Source of the DNA: Thermosulfurimonas dismutans
Lineage (GTDB): Bacteria > Desulfobacterota > Thermodesulfobacteria > Thermodesulfobacteriales > Thermodesulfobacteriaceae
Length of the DNA stretch: 32,000 nt
Direction of reading: 5' to 3'
NCBI RefSeq assembly: GCF_001652585.1
Contig: NZ_LWLG01000002.1
Coordinates: 1-32,000 of the forward strand
A model generated the notes under the pieces. The model searched no databases. It was not told where the DNA came from and was given only the letters and a program-made list of their open reading frames with translations. The translations under genes were made by a program, and so were the position numbers. Each line of letters starts with the position of its first letter. Position 1 is the stretch's first letter. Below, piece by piece: positions 15,391 through 23,344 of this stretch.

Positions 15391-16147
15391 GGAAGCGAAG
15401 CAGTATCCAGAGGCCATAATAAGTGGTTTCAAGAAAGGAGACCCCTCCAGGGGCCCGAGCAAAGCCTCCGTCCTTTCGGTGGGTGTTGAGGACGAAAAAC
15501 TTGAGCCCTTCGGGATCTCGTGGCCTTAGTCCCAGGGCCTTCATCAGACGACAGGCAAAATAGGTATTCTCTAGATATGAGGTAGTGCCCTGAAAAAATC
15601 CAAAACCGCCATCCGGGTTTTGAGATCCGATAATAGTATTACAAACTTCTGCGGAAAAGGTATCCTCTTCTAAGATTTTGAAGAGATAATAGAGATCTCT
15701 TAAGGTCCGAAAGGTCAGCCTTCGAACGTAAATTCTCAAACTCAAAAGTTCCCCTGGTTCCGCCCCCAGCAGTCTTTCTATTTCCGCAAGGGCGGCCAGC
15801 GCAGAAAGTCTTTGGGGAGGACGCTTGAGGCACTTTTTTATTTGACTTTTGAAATCTCCAGGAGGACTTCCTCCGAGCCAAAGGAGGCTTTTGAGCCACT
15901 TTACCTTAACTTCCGGCGACATTCGCCGGAAATCTTGCTCGAGAAGGAAATTTAAAGTCCGAACATCGGATCTTAATCCCCCGCAAGTTTTTAAACCTGC
16001 AAGGGCAAAATAGGTGTCTTCTACCGTGGCCGGAAGTCTAGGGGTAGATCCGAATCCTCCAGTTTCCTTCCTCCTGGAAAGGATGAATCTCTCGGCCCCG
16101 ACGATGAGTTCTTTAAAGAGTAAAGGTCTTCCCTCCACTGTGGGCAT
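15374..16147 (-). CDS. Small prenyltransferase/squalene-oxidase-repeat (alpha/alpha-toroid) protein (257 aa)
   Basis: Three copies of the repeat signature: ETGGFGSTPRLPATVEDTYFALAGL, QNPDGGFGFFQGTTSYLENTYFACRLM, HRKDGGFARAPGGVSFLETTYYGLWIL. The 3' end overlaps the convergent permease gene by 17 nt. Confidence 0.6.
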   Translation of the reverse strand: MPTVEGRPLLFKELIVGAERFILSRRKETGGFGSTPRLPATVEDTYFALAGLKTCGGLRSDVRTLNFLLEQDFRRMSPEVKVKWLKSLLWLGGSPPGDFKSQIKKCLKRPPQRLSALAALAEIERLLGAEPGELLSLRIYVRRLTFRTLRDLYYLFKILEEDTFSAEVCNTIIGSQNPDGGFGFFQGTTSYLENTYFACRLMKALGLRPRDPEGLKFFVLNTHRKDGGFARAPGGVSFLETTYYGLWILLRFPTLLS

Positions 16148-16166
16148 CTCTTAAGGAGATATCTTC

Positions 16167-16853
16167 TCACAATGGTAGAGCAAGCAATCCCGAAAGGTCC
16201 GAAACCACCAAGTCTGTTTCGACTTCAGTCGGAGGTGTGGCCCCATAAGGGTCGCGTCCGGGACGTTTCACCCAGCAAGTCTTAAGCCCCAGCTTTCTAG
16301 CCGGGGCAATATCGTGAAAGAGGCTCTGCCCTACATGGAGAATACGCTCTCGGGGTTCCCCAATCCTTTCAAAGGCCAGTTCGAAAATCTTCGGATCCGG
16401 CTTGTAAGTCCGAGCCTCCTCCGCAGTCAACACCAGGTCAAAATCTACCACGAAGTGTTTAAGGGTTTCAGCCATGAGGTCACGGTCAATGTTAGAGATG
16501 ATGCCAAGCCTGAAGCCCCGATTCTTGAGTTCACGAAGAATAAAGTTCACCTCCGGAAAAGGAGGCCACTCCGGAAGGCTCTTTACCAGCAATTCTTCCT
16601 CGCCTGGCTGAAGATCAAACCCCAGTCTCTCCCTCAGACCTTTGAGAACCAGACAAAGGACTTCTCGATAGGGACGGTATTCTCTTTCGAACCGACTCTC
16701 AAGTTTCCCGTAAGCCCGCAGAACGCTAAGGGACTCTAGTTCAAGACCAGACCTTTCCAGCAAAGGGGCGATGGTCTCTAGTATACCCGTTTCCCAGTCG
16801 ATCAGGGTGCCGTAACAATCGAAGGTTATCCAGGAAAAGATCCTCTTGTTCAT
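16167..16853 (-). CDS. HAD-superfamily hydrolase, 2-haloacid dehalogenase-like (228 aa)
   Basis: Motif I ITFDCYGTLIDWE. ISNIDRD and a later K-x-P-D block (TYKPDPKIFE) typical of HAD subfamily IA. Confidence 0.75.
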   Translation of the reverse strand: MNKRIFSWITFDCYGTLIDWETGILETIAPLLERSGLELESLSVLRAYGKLESRFEREYRPYREVLCLVLKGLRERLGFDLQPGEEELLVKSLPEWPPFPEVNFILRELKNRGFRLGIISNIDRDLMAETLKHFVVDFDLVLTAEEARTYKPDPKIFELAFERIGEPRERILHVGQSLFHDIAPARKLGLKTCWVKRPGRDPYGATPPTEVETDLVVSDLSGLLALPL

Positions 16854-17154
16854 CGTAAAACGATTTAATCACTTTATTATACCATCAACATAGACGATAC
16901 CCTCTCTGGAGGGGAGGCCAATCTCATATTGTTTCGTCAAGTGTGTCTGGGAGTTAAGAAGTCTCCTGCGTAAGCTCCCCAAGGGCTTCGGGTTCTCACT
17001 TCCTTAACTTAGCCCTTTCGTTCGAACATGCGTTACGGGGAGCGCCTGCGCATGGTTCAGAAGATGCGCCAAACATCTTTAGGATCGAGCTTTTTCAGCG
17101 TCTTGAGGGCAGAACGGAGGTAATAACCCTTGGTACGCCCCGTGAGGCGGGCTT

Positions 17155-17230
17155 TGGTGGAGCCGGCGGGACTTGAACCCGCGACCTCGTGAATGCCATT
17201 CACGCGCTCTCCCAACTGAGCTACGGCCCC
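17155..17230 (-). tRNA. tRNA-Ala (anticodon GGC), 76 nt with encoded CCA
   Basis: The reverse complement folds by hand as GGGGCCG-TA-GCTC-AGTTGGGA-GAGC-G-CGTGA-ATGGCAT-TCACG-AGGTC-GCGGG-TTCAAGT-CCCGC-CGGCTCC-A-CCA. The G3:U70 pair is the alanine identity element. The anticodon loop AT-GGC-AT gives GGC. Confidence 0.93.
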
Positions 17231-17280
17231 ACCCGTAACGGGTACAAAGTTAACCGTAAGCCGAACGCCTGTCAAGCCTT

Positions 17281-17856
17281 TTACCAGTTTTCACAGACCG
17301 GCTCAAAATACCCCTGCGGATGGGCACAGGCCGGACACTCTTCCGGAGCTTCAGGGCCCACGTGAATATAGCCGCAATTACGACAGCGCCATACGATCTC
17401 TTGGTCCCTTTTAAAGAGGGTTCCGCTCTCAAGCTTCTCAAGCAAAGCCTGGTATCTCTTTTCATGAAACTTCTCGGCCTCGGCAATAGCCCTTAAAACT
17501 TCCGCAATCTCAGGAAACCCCTCTTCTTCAGCCACCTTGGCAAATTCGGGATACATCTGAGAATGTTCGTAATTTTCACCTGCCGCTGCCGCCTTCAAAT
17601 TATCAATAGTGTTACCGATCTTTCCGGCCGGAAAACTTGCCGTAATCTCAACTTCGCCTCCCTCCAGAAATTTAAAAAGCCTCTTTGCGTGCTCCTTCTC
17701 CTGCTCAGCCGTTTCAAGAAAGATATGTGCAATGCGATGATAACCCTCCTTTTTGGCCTGAGAAGCAAAGTAGGTATAGCGGTTCCTGGCTTGGGATTCT
17801 CCTATAAAGGCCGTAAGCAGGTTCTTTTCAGTACGAGTCCCTTTCAAACTTTTCAT
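17281..17856 (-). CDS. rbr: Rubrerythrin (191 aa)
   Basis: N-terminal [27 protein letters not shown]. Di-iron E-x-x-H motifs ([18 protein letters not shown]). C-terminal rubredoxin-like CRNCG...CPACAHP. GGAGG SD 6 nt upstream of the ATG. Confidence 0.93.
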   Translation of the reverse strand: MKSLKGTRTEKNLLTAFIGESQARNRYTYFASQAKKEGYHRIAHIFLETAEQEKEHAKRLFKFLEGGEVEITASFPAGKIGNTIDNLKAAAAGENYEHSQMYPEFAKVAEEEGFPEIAEVLRAIAEAEKFHEKRYQALLEKLESGTLFKRDQEIVWRCRNCGYIHVGPEAPEECPACAHPQGYFEPVCENW

Positions 17857-17877
17857 CTAAAACCTCCTTGAATTTTT

Positions 17878-17901
17878 TATTAAATTAGAAATAATTTAAT
17901 A
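17878..17901. promoter_or_regulatory. Perfect 10-4-10 AT-rich palindrome (candidate Fur/PerR-family operator) overlapping the rubrerythrin promoter
   Basis: TATTAAATTA-gaaa-TAATTTAATA at 17878-17901. On the minus strand it lies between TTGACA (17909-17904) and the SD, covering the spacer and the -10 region (TAATTT/AATTTA). Confidence 0.5.
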
Positions 17902-17926
17902 TTTGTCAAGCCCCTAATAACCTTCC

Positions 17927-17955
17927 TTGCATTAACCTCAGGGCCTAGGTATAAG
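17927..17955 (+). promoter_or_regulatory. Candidate promoter of the glycosyltransferase-led gene string
   Basis: TTGCAT (17927-17932), 17-nt spacer, TATAAG (17950-17955). The ATG at 17965 is only about 10 nt downstream, implying a leaderless or near-leaderless mRNA. Confidence 0.4.
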
Positions 17956-17964
17956 GTGTAAGTT

Positions 17965-18909
17965 ATGGAGCCTTATGTGTCCATAGTAATTCCAGCTTAC
18001 AATGAAGAAGAAAACCTCCCTCTTCTTTTGGAAAAACTTGGGCAGGTCCTCCCTAAAATTGGGAAGCCGGCTGAAGTTATCATAGTGGATGACGGTTCAA
18101 GAGACGCTACCCCAGATATCCTTAGAGAGGCCAGTCGGCGATATCCTTGGCTAAAGGCCATTATCCTAAGGAGGAACTTCGGTCAAAGTGCGGCTCTTAC
18201 GGCAGGCATAGATCACGCCAAAGGTCAAGTTTTGGTAATGATGGACGCCGATCTTCAAAATGACCCTGAAGATATTCCGCGTCTTCTGGCCAAACTTGAG
18301 GAAGGCTATGATGTAGTTTCTGGATGGCGCAAAGATCGCAAGGATCCTTTCCTTTCCCGAAAACTTCCTTCCAGGATTGCCAACTGGCTCATCGGTAAGA
18401 TCACCGGGGTGAAAATTCACGACTACGGCTGTACCCTCAAGGCCTATCGCCGAGAGGTCATTCAAGGTATCCCTATTTACGGAGAATTGCACCGTTTCAT
18501 CCCGGTACTGGTTGACTTTCGGGGAGCGCGCATTACCGAAATCCCGGTCAAACACCATCCCAGACGTTTTGGCAAAAGTAAATACGGACTTTCCCGAACC
18601 TATCGGGTACTTCTCGACCTCTTACTTATGTTCTTCTTTCAGCGTTTTGCCACCCGGCCACTGCATCTCTTCGGGTTCACCGGGGGTTTTATGTTTGCGG
18701 CCGGCTTTTTAATCGAACTTTATCTCTCTGCTCTCAAGATTCTTTACGGCCAGGAAATCGGGCATCGACCATTACTTATATTAGGAGTCCTCTTAATTAT
18801 TACCGGAATAAATCTCATCGGAACGGGACTGCTTGCCGAACTCATCATACGGACCTATTACGAAAGCAGTGGCCGGAAAATATATCTGATAAGGGAGATC
18901 GTGGCTTGA
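17965..18909 (+). CDS. Family-2 glycosyltransferase, polyprenyl-phosphate sugar synthase type (DPM1/ArnC/GtrB-like, 314 aa)
   Basis: VSIVIPAYNEEENL, VDDGSRD, MDADLQNDPEDI, and two C-terminal TM helices. Confidence 0.85.
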   Translation: MEPYVSIVIPAYNEEENLPLLLEKLGQVLPKIGKPAEVIIVDDGSRDATPDILREASRRYPWLKAIILRRNFGQSAALTAGIDHAKGQVLVMMDADLQNDPEDIPRLLAKLEEGYDVVSGWRKDRKDPFLSRKLPSRIANWLIGKITGVKIHDYGCTLKAYRREVIQGIPIYGELHRFIPVLVDFRGARITEIPVKHHPRRFGKSKYGLSRTYRVLLDLLLMFFFQRFATRPLHLFGFTGGFMFAAGFLIELYLSALKILYGQEIGHRPLLILGVLLIITGINLIGTGLLAELIIRTYYESSGRKIYLIREIVA

Positions 18910-19778
18910 AAAAGCTGGCAAGTTTTGTCTTTAGGCTCCTAATAAGCCTCGGGCTCCTCGTCTATCTCCTAAAACGCACGGATTTTGGAGCCTTAAAGGA
19001 GGCCTTCCTAGCTTACTCTCCCCTGTGGTGGCTTGTAGGATTTCTGGTTTACATCGCCTTTCAGGCCTTGAGTGTCTGTCGTTGGCAGTATATATGCCGA
19101 GCCTTGGGGTTTGACAAAAATTACCCCTATTTCGCCCGACTCTACCTCATAAATATGTATTTCAATACTCTACTGCCCGGACTCATGGGAGGGGACGTCA
19201 TTCGAAGTTACTATCTGGCAAAGGATGGCTTCGGACTGAAAGAGGGTTCCTTCAGCGTAATCCTTGATCGAGGGGCCGGGCTTTTCGGGCTGTGCTTTAT
19301 CCTTCTCTGGGCCCTTCCTCTTTGGGGAGATTTTCTCCCTCCCAGAGTTTACGTTTTCATCCTGCTTTCCGCTTTGGGCATTATTTTAGGAGGTATCGCA
19401 GTATCTTTGGTGGCCACCTTCCGCGAAAAAAAACTGCTCTCGCCTTTGAAGTGGCCCACCTCGCTGGGGCTTTTCGCCTATGGTTTCTCTGTCCAAATAC
19501 TTTATGTCCTCCAGTTTGCGCTCATGGCCAGAGGTCTTGACCTTTTCGTAAGTTTCAAGGACTTTCTGGTCATTGTTCCGGTAACCGGTTTCTTGGCCTC
19601 CTTGCCGATAAGTCTGGGAGGCCTGGGGGTAAGGGAGGCCAGCCTGGTCTATTTTCTGGGATTAAAAGGCATTCCCCAGGAAAAAGGTCTTCTTCTCGGA
19701 TTTCTGATCTATTCCACGGTCCTTGTGGGGGCCATCCCCGGAGGGATTCTCTACCTTAAAGGGCGGGTCCGTGATTGA
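18906..19778 (+). CDS. UPF0104 / lysylphosphatidylglycerol-synthase-TM-region (flippase-like) membrane protein (290 aa)
   Basis: Polytopic, with the family-like motif NTLLPGLMGGDVIRSYYL. TTG start at 18906 overlaps the upstream TGA. Confidence 0.65.
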   Translation: MKKLASFVFRLLISLGLLVYLLKRTDFGALKEAFLAYSPLWWLVGFLVYIAFQALSVCRWQYICRALGFDKNYPYFARLYLINMYFNTLLPGLMGGDVIRSYYLAKDGFGLKEGSFSVILDRGAGLFGLCFILLWALPLWGDFLPPRVYVFILLSALGIILGGIAVSLVATFREKKLLSPLKWPTSLGLFAYGFSVQILYVLQFALMARGLDLFVSFKDFLVIVPVTGFLASLPISLGGLGVREASLVYFLGLKGIPQEKGLLLGFLIYSTVLVGAIPGGILYLKGRVRD

Positions 19779-20409
19779 AGCCGGTTTTTTTATCAAAACT
19801 TTAGTGGCCATTTTTGTAATCGTTGATCCTGTAGGAGGAATTCCCTTATTTTTAAGCCTTACCGCCGACGAAACGGAAAAGGAAAGGATCATGACGGCGT
19901 TTAAGGCCTCGCTGGCAGCTTTTTTAGTGCTTTCCGTCTTTATATTTCTCGGAGAGAAAATTCTCTCCCTTTTTCAAATCTCTATGGGTTCCTTTCGGGT
20001 AGCCGGAGGAGCTCTTTTATTTCTGATCGCTATTCAAATGCTTCAGGCCAAACCCCGGAGCACCAAGAGCACCCCTCCGGAGGAAGCTGAGAGCCGAACC
20101 AAAGAAGACGTGGCCCTGGTACCGTTGGCGGTACCCATATTGGCCGGTCCCGGAGCCATTACCACGGTAATCGTACTCGCCGGAGGTGAACCTTTAAGCA
20201 TAAAACTTACGGTCTTTCTGGCCTCGGCCTTGACTTTCATTTTAACCTTTTTGATCTTCTCTCAGGCCTCAAGGATGGCCCATCTTCTAGGACAGACCGG
20301 GGCCAATCTTCTAGTGAGACTTATGGGTTTACTCCTTTCTGTGATCGCGGTGGAATACATAGTAGAAGGACTAAAAGAACTCTTTCCCATTTTAGGAGGT
20401 GGTCCATGA
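19771..20409 (+). CDS. MarC-family (UPF0056) integral membrane protein
   Basis: FIKTLVAIFVIVDPVGGIPLFLSLT is a typical MarC N-terminus. I prefer the GTG at 19771, which overlaps the upstream stop by 8 nt, over the track ATG at 19723, which lies within the preceding gene. Confidence 0.7.
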   Translation: MIEAGFFIKTLVAIFVIVDPVGGIPLFLSLTADETEKERIMTAFKASLAAFLVLSVFIFLGEKILSLFQISMGSFRVAGGALLFLIAIQMLQAKPRSTKSTPPEEAESRTKEDVALVPLAVPILAGPGAITTVIVLAGGEPLSIKLTVFLASALTFILTFLIFSQASRMAHLLGQTGANLLVRLMGLLLSVIAVEYIVEGLKELFPILGGGP

Positions 20410-21434
20410 AAGTAGGCATCGTTTACGACGAAATCTTTTTAAAACACCATCCCGGTTCCTATCATCCTGAGCGTCCAGAAAGACTCGTTAAGACACTAGA
20501 AAGGCTTGCCCAAGAAGACGTGTCCCCCCTTACAGAATATCTTTCACCGCGGAAGGCTAAAAAAGAAGAAATCCTCTGGAATCACAGCGAATCCCATTAC
20601 GAACGGGTAGCCGCCACCGCCGGCAAGACGGCTGTGCAGCTTGACCCCGATACCGCCACTTCGGAGGATTCCTTTGAGGCCGCCCTTTACGCCGTAGGGG
20701 CCCAGTTCGTGGCTCTGGATGAAATTTTCAAGGAAAACTATAAAGCGATTTTCTGCCTGGTAAGACCTCCCGGGCATCATGCCGAAACCGACCAAGCTAT
20801 GGGGTTTTGTCTATTCAACAACGTAGCCCTGGCTGCGCATTACGCCATCAAAGTCCTCAAACTCTCCCGCGTCCTTATCGTAGATTGGGATCTCCACCAC
20901 GGAAACGGCACCCAGAGATCCTTTTATCATACTTCAGAGATCCTTTATTTCTCCACCCATCAGTTTCCCTATTATCCCGGTACCGGCAGGATGGAAGAAG
21001 TGGGCCACGGTGAGGGTGAAGGATTTACCATAAACGTGCCTTTGCCCGCAGGCTGTGGAGATGCGGAGTATCTCCTGATTTTTAAAGAAGTACTGAAACC
21101 TATTGCCCTGGAGTATCGCCCAGAAATCGTAATGATCTCGGCTGGATTTGATCCTTACCGGGAAGACCCTTTAGGGGGTATGCAGGTCTCGACTGAAGGC
21201 TTCGGAGCCCTGGCCGGAATCATCCAAGAGATAGCGGAGGAGACTTGCGGGGGGCGTATACTCCTTACCCTGGAAGGAGGTTACAGCCTCACCGGGCTCT
21301 CCGAAAGCATAGCCGAAGTCATAAAAGTGCTCGCCGGGACGAAAAAGCCGCAAGCCTCCCCTCCCCCATCCGGCTTAGGTCAAGAGCTGGTCTCTCAGGC
21401 CAGAAAATTTTTCTCAAAGTACTGGAAGCTTTAG
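20406..21434 (+). CDS. Histone-deacetylase-family (class II HDAC / AcuC / acetylpolyamine amidohydrolase-like) deacetylase (342 aa)
   Basis: RPPGHHAE...GFCLFNNVA, DWDLHHGNGTQ, SAGFDPY, EGGY. ATGA overlap with marC. Confidence 0.85.
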   Translation: MKVGIVYDEIFLKHHPGSYHPERPERLVKTLERLAQEDVSPLTEYLSPRKAKKEEILWNHSESHYERVAATAGKTAVQLDPDTATSEDSFEAALYAVGAQFVALDEIFKENYKAIFCLVRPPGHHAETDQAMGFCLFNNVALAAHYAIKVLKLSRVLIVDWDLHHGNGTQRSFYHTSEILYFSTHQFPYYPGTGRMEEVGHGEGEGFTINVPLPAGCGDAEYLLIFKEVLKPIALEYRPEIVMISAGFDPYREDPLGGMQVSTEGFGALAGIIQEIAEETCGGRILLTLEGGYSLTGLSESIAEVIKVLAGTKKPQASPPPSGLGQELVSQARKFFSKYWKL

Positions 21435-21435
21435 G

Positions 21436-22158
21436 ATGACTCCTAAAATTTTCTCGCCCTGGGCTCTTTTGCTTTTCGGGATCCCTATAGGATTAATCGT
21501 CTTTTTCCGGGAAAAGTGGTTTTCCGGTGGAAAGAAAGTCATTTACGGCTTTTTACGTATGACTATTCAGCTAACCCTTTTGGGGTATCTTCTGGTGTTT
21601 GTATTCGGAATAGAAAGTCCCTATCCGGTACTCGCAGCCATGATCGTAATGGTCTCCTCCTCGGCCTGGATAGCTTTAGGTCCTTTAAAAAAACGTGGTC
21701 TACAACTTTTTTGGACGGCCCTGAAGAGCATCCTTCTTGGAGCCGGGAGCAGTCTTTCACTTGCGGTTTTCGGGGTACTTTCCCTTTCGCCCTGGTGGTA
21801 TCCCCGGTATATCCTGCCGTTAGCCGGTATGACTTTCTCCGCAGCCTTAAATGGTGTAAGTCTTGCGGCTGAGAGGTTCTTCGCAGCCCAGAACCTAGGA
21901 GCCAATCCTCAGGAGGCCCGAAGCCAGGCCTATCAGGCCGCTCTCATCCCTTATCTGAACAATCTCTTTTCCGCCGGCCTGGTTTCCATTCCCGGCATGA
22001 TGACCGGCCAGATCCTGGCCGGAGTCTCACCGCTTCTGGCAGTCAAATATCAAATCCTTATCATGGCCCTGATCTTTTCTTCCGCCGGTCTTTCTTCTTT
22101 ATTTTTTCTCTTTTTTGTAGTAAAAGAGCACCGAAACACAGGAGGTAGACCGGTATGA
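21436..22158 (+). CDS. FetB/YbbM-family (UPF0014) ABC-type permease (240 aa), with no adjacent FetA-type ATPase gene
   Basis: Blocks resemble E. coli FetB as I recall it: RMTIQLTLLGYLLVFVF, LPLAGMTFSAAL, QAALIPYLNNLFSAGLVSIPGMMTGQILAGVSPLLAVKYQILI. Confidence 0.75.
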   Translation: MTPKIFSPWALLLFGIPIGLIVFFREKWFSGGKKVIYGFLRMTIQLTLLGYLLVFVFGIESPYPVLAAMIVMVSSSAWIALGPLKKRGLQLFWTALKSILLGAGSSLSLAVFGVLSLSPWWYPRYILPLAGMTFSAALNGVSLAAERFFAAQNLGANPQEARSQAYQAALIPYLNNLFSAGLVSIPGMMTGQILAGVSPLLAVKYQILIMALIFSSAGLSSLFFLFFVVKEHRNTGGRPV

Positions 22159-23342
22159 TAGCGTCTCAAGTAAAAGGCTATCTGGAACGGGCTTCTTGGA
22201 TAAGGAAGATGTTCGAGGAAGGGGCCAAGCTTAAGGCCCAACATGGTGCGGACAAAGTCTGTGATTTCAGCCTGGGCAATCCGGATGTTCCTCCTCCGCC
22301 GGAAGTATCCGAAGCCTTGAAAGAGATCCTCGCGGAGGATCGGCCGGAGCTACACGCCTATATGCCCAACGCCGGTTTCCCATTTGCCCGTGAGGCTATG
22401 GCGGAAAAGGTTTCCCGCGAGCAAGACTTCAAGGTCTCCCCCGAGGAAGTAATTCTCACCTGCGGAGCTGCCGGGGGACTCAATATCATCTTCAAGGCCC
22501 TTCTTGAGCCCGGAGAAGAGGTGGTTTTCCCGGCCCCTTTTTTTGTGGAATACGGATTTTACGTAGAAAATCACCAGGGAGTCCCCAAACCTGTATCTAC
22601 TAAACCGGATTTCTCTCTAGACTTTGAAGCCCTGGATCAAGCCATAACCGAAAAAACCAAGGCTATTCTGATCAATTCACCCAATAACCCTACCGGAAGG
22701 CTTTATTCGGAAAAGGATATTGCGGATCTCGCCGCTCTTCTACGGGAAAAGAGCCAGGCCTTCGGTCGCCCTGTATACCTCATCTCGGATGAACCCTATC
22801 GCAACTTGGTCTTTGATGGCCTAAAAACCCCCTCCGTTTTCAGACATTACGCAAACACCTTCGTAGTCTCAAGCTTTTCTAAAGAATTGAGCCTTCCCGG
22901 AGAGCGGATCGGTTTTGTGGCCGTGCATCCGGATATGGAAAACAAAAACGAGATACTTGCGGCCCTGATCCTGGCCAACCGTATCCTCGGTTTTGTAAAT
23001 GCTCCGGCCTTTGCCCAGCGAATCGCGGCCAAATGCGCCTTGGCTCTGGTTGATGTTTCCATTTACGAGAGGCGTCGGAATCTCTTCTGCGAGATCCTGG
23101 ATGAGGCCGGTCTGGAGTATGTAAAACCCGAGGGGGCCTTCTATCTCTTTCCGAAAACCCCCATCGATGATGTCGAATTCTGCAAGCTTCTTCAGGAAGA
23201 GTTGATCCTGGCCGTGCCAGGACGCGGCTTTGGCGGCCCCGGACATATAAGGCTGGCCTTCTGCGTAGACGAGAGTATTATTGAACGCTCACGAGAGGGA
23301 TTTATACGAGCTGTTCAAAAAGCTAGAGAAAGGAGGAGTTAG
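22155..23342 (+). CDS. PLP-dependent class I/II aminotransferase (aspartate/aromatic type, 395 aa)
   Basis: INSPNNPTGRLY and SSFSKELSLPGERIGF (the PLP lysine). ATGA overlap with the upstream gene. Confidence 0.85.
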   Translation: MIASQVKGYLERASWIRKMFEEGAKLKAQHGADKVCDFSLGNPDVPPPPEVSEALKEILAEDRPELHAYMPNAGFPFAREAMAEKVSREQDFKVSPEEVILTCGAAGGLNIIFKALLEPGEEVVFPAPFFVEYGFYVENHQGVPKPVSTKPDFSLDFEALDQAITEKTKAILINSPNNPTGRLYSEKDIADLAALLREKSQAFGRPVYLISDEPYRNLVFDGLKTPSVFRHYANTFVVSSFSKELSLPGERIGFVAVHPDMENKNEILAALILANRILGFVNAPAFAQRIAAKCALALVDVSIYERRRNLFCEILDEAGLEYVKPEGAFYLFPKTPIDDVEFCKLLQEELILAVPGRGFGGPGHIRLAFCVDESIIERSREGFIRAVQKARERRS

Positions 23343-23344
23343 CC

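Noticed and set aside
16854-17154. 300-nt non-coding gap 3' of tRNA-Ala: possible integration site, island boundary or small RNA
   Set aside because: I could spot no integrase fragment and no second copy of the tRNA 3' end in the window. Only short hairpins are present (GCGCAT/ATGCGC near 17050-17071, AAGGGCT/AGCCCTT near 16980-17016), plus a plausible extended -10 (TGGTATAAT, minus strand, 16876-16884) for the HAD gene. This is insufficient for a mobile-element or ncRNA call.
17057-17275. 72-aa minus-strand ORF
   Set aside because: It reads straight through the tRNA-Ala gene (17155-17230), so it is not a protein gene.
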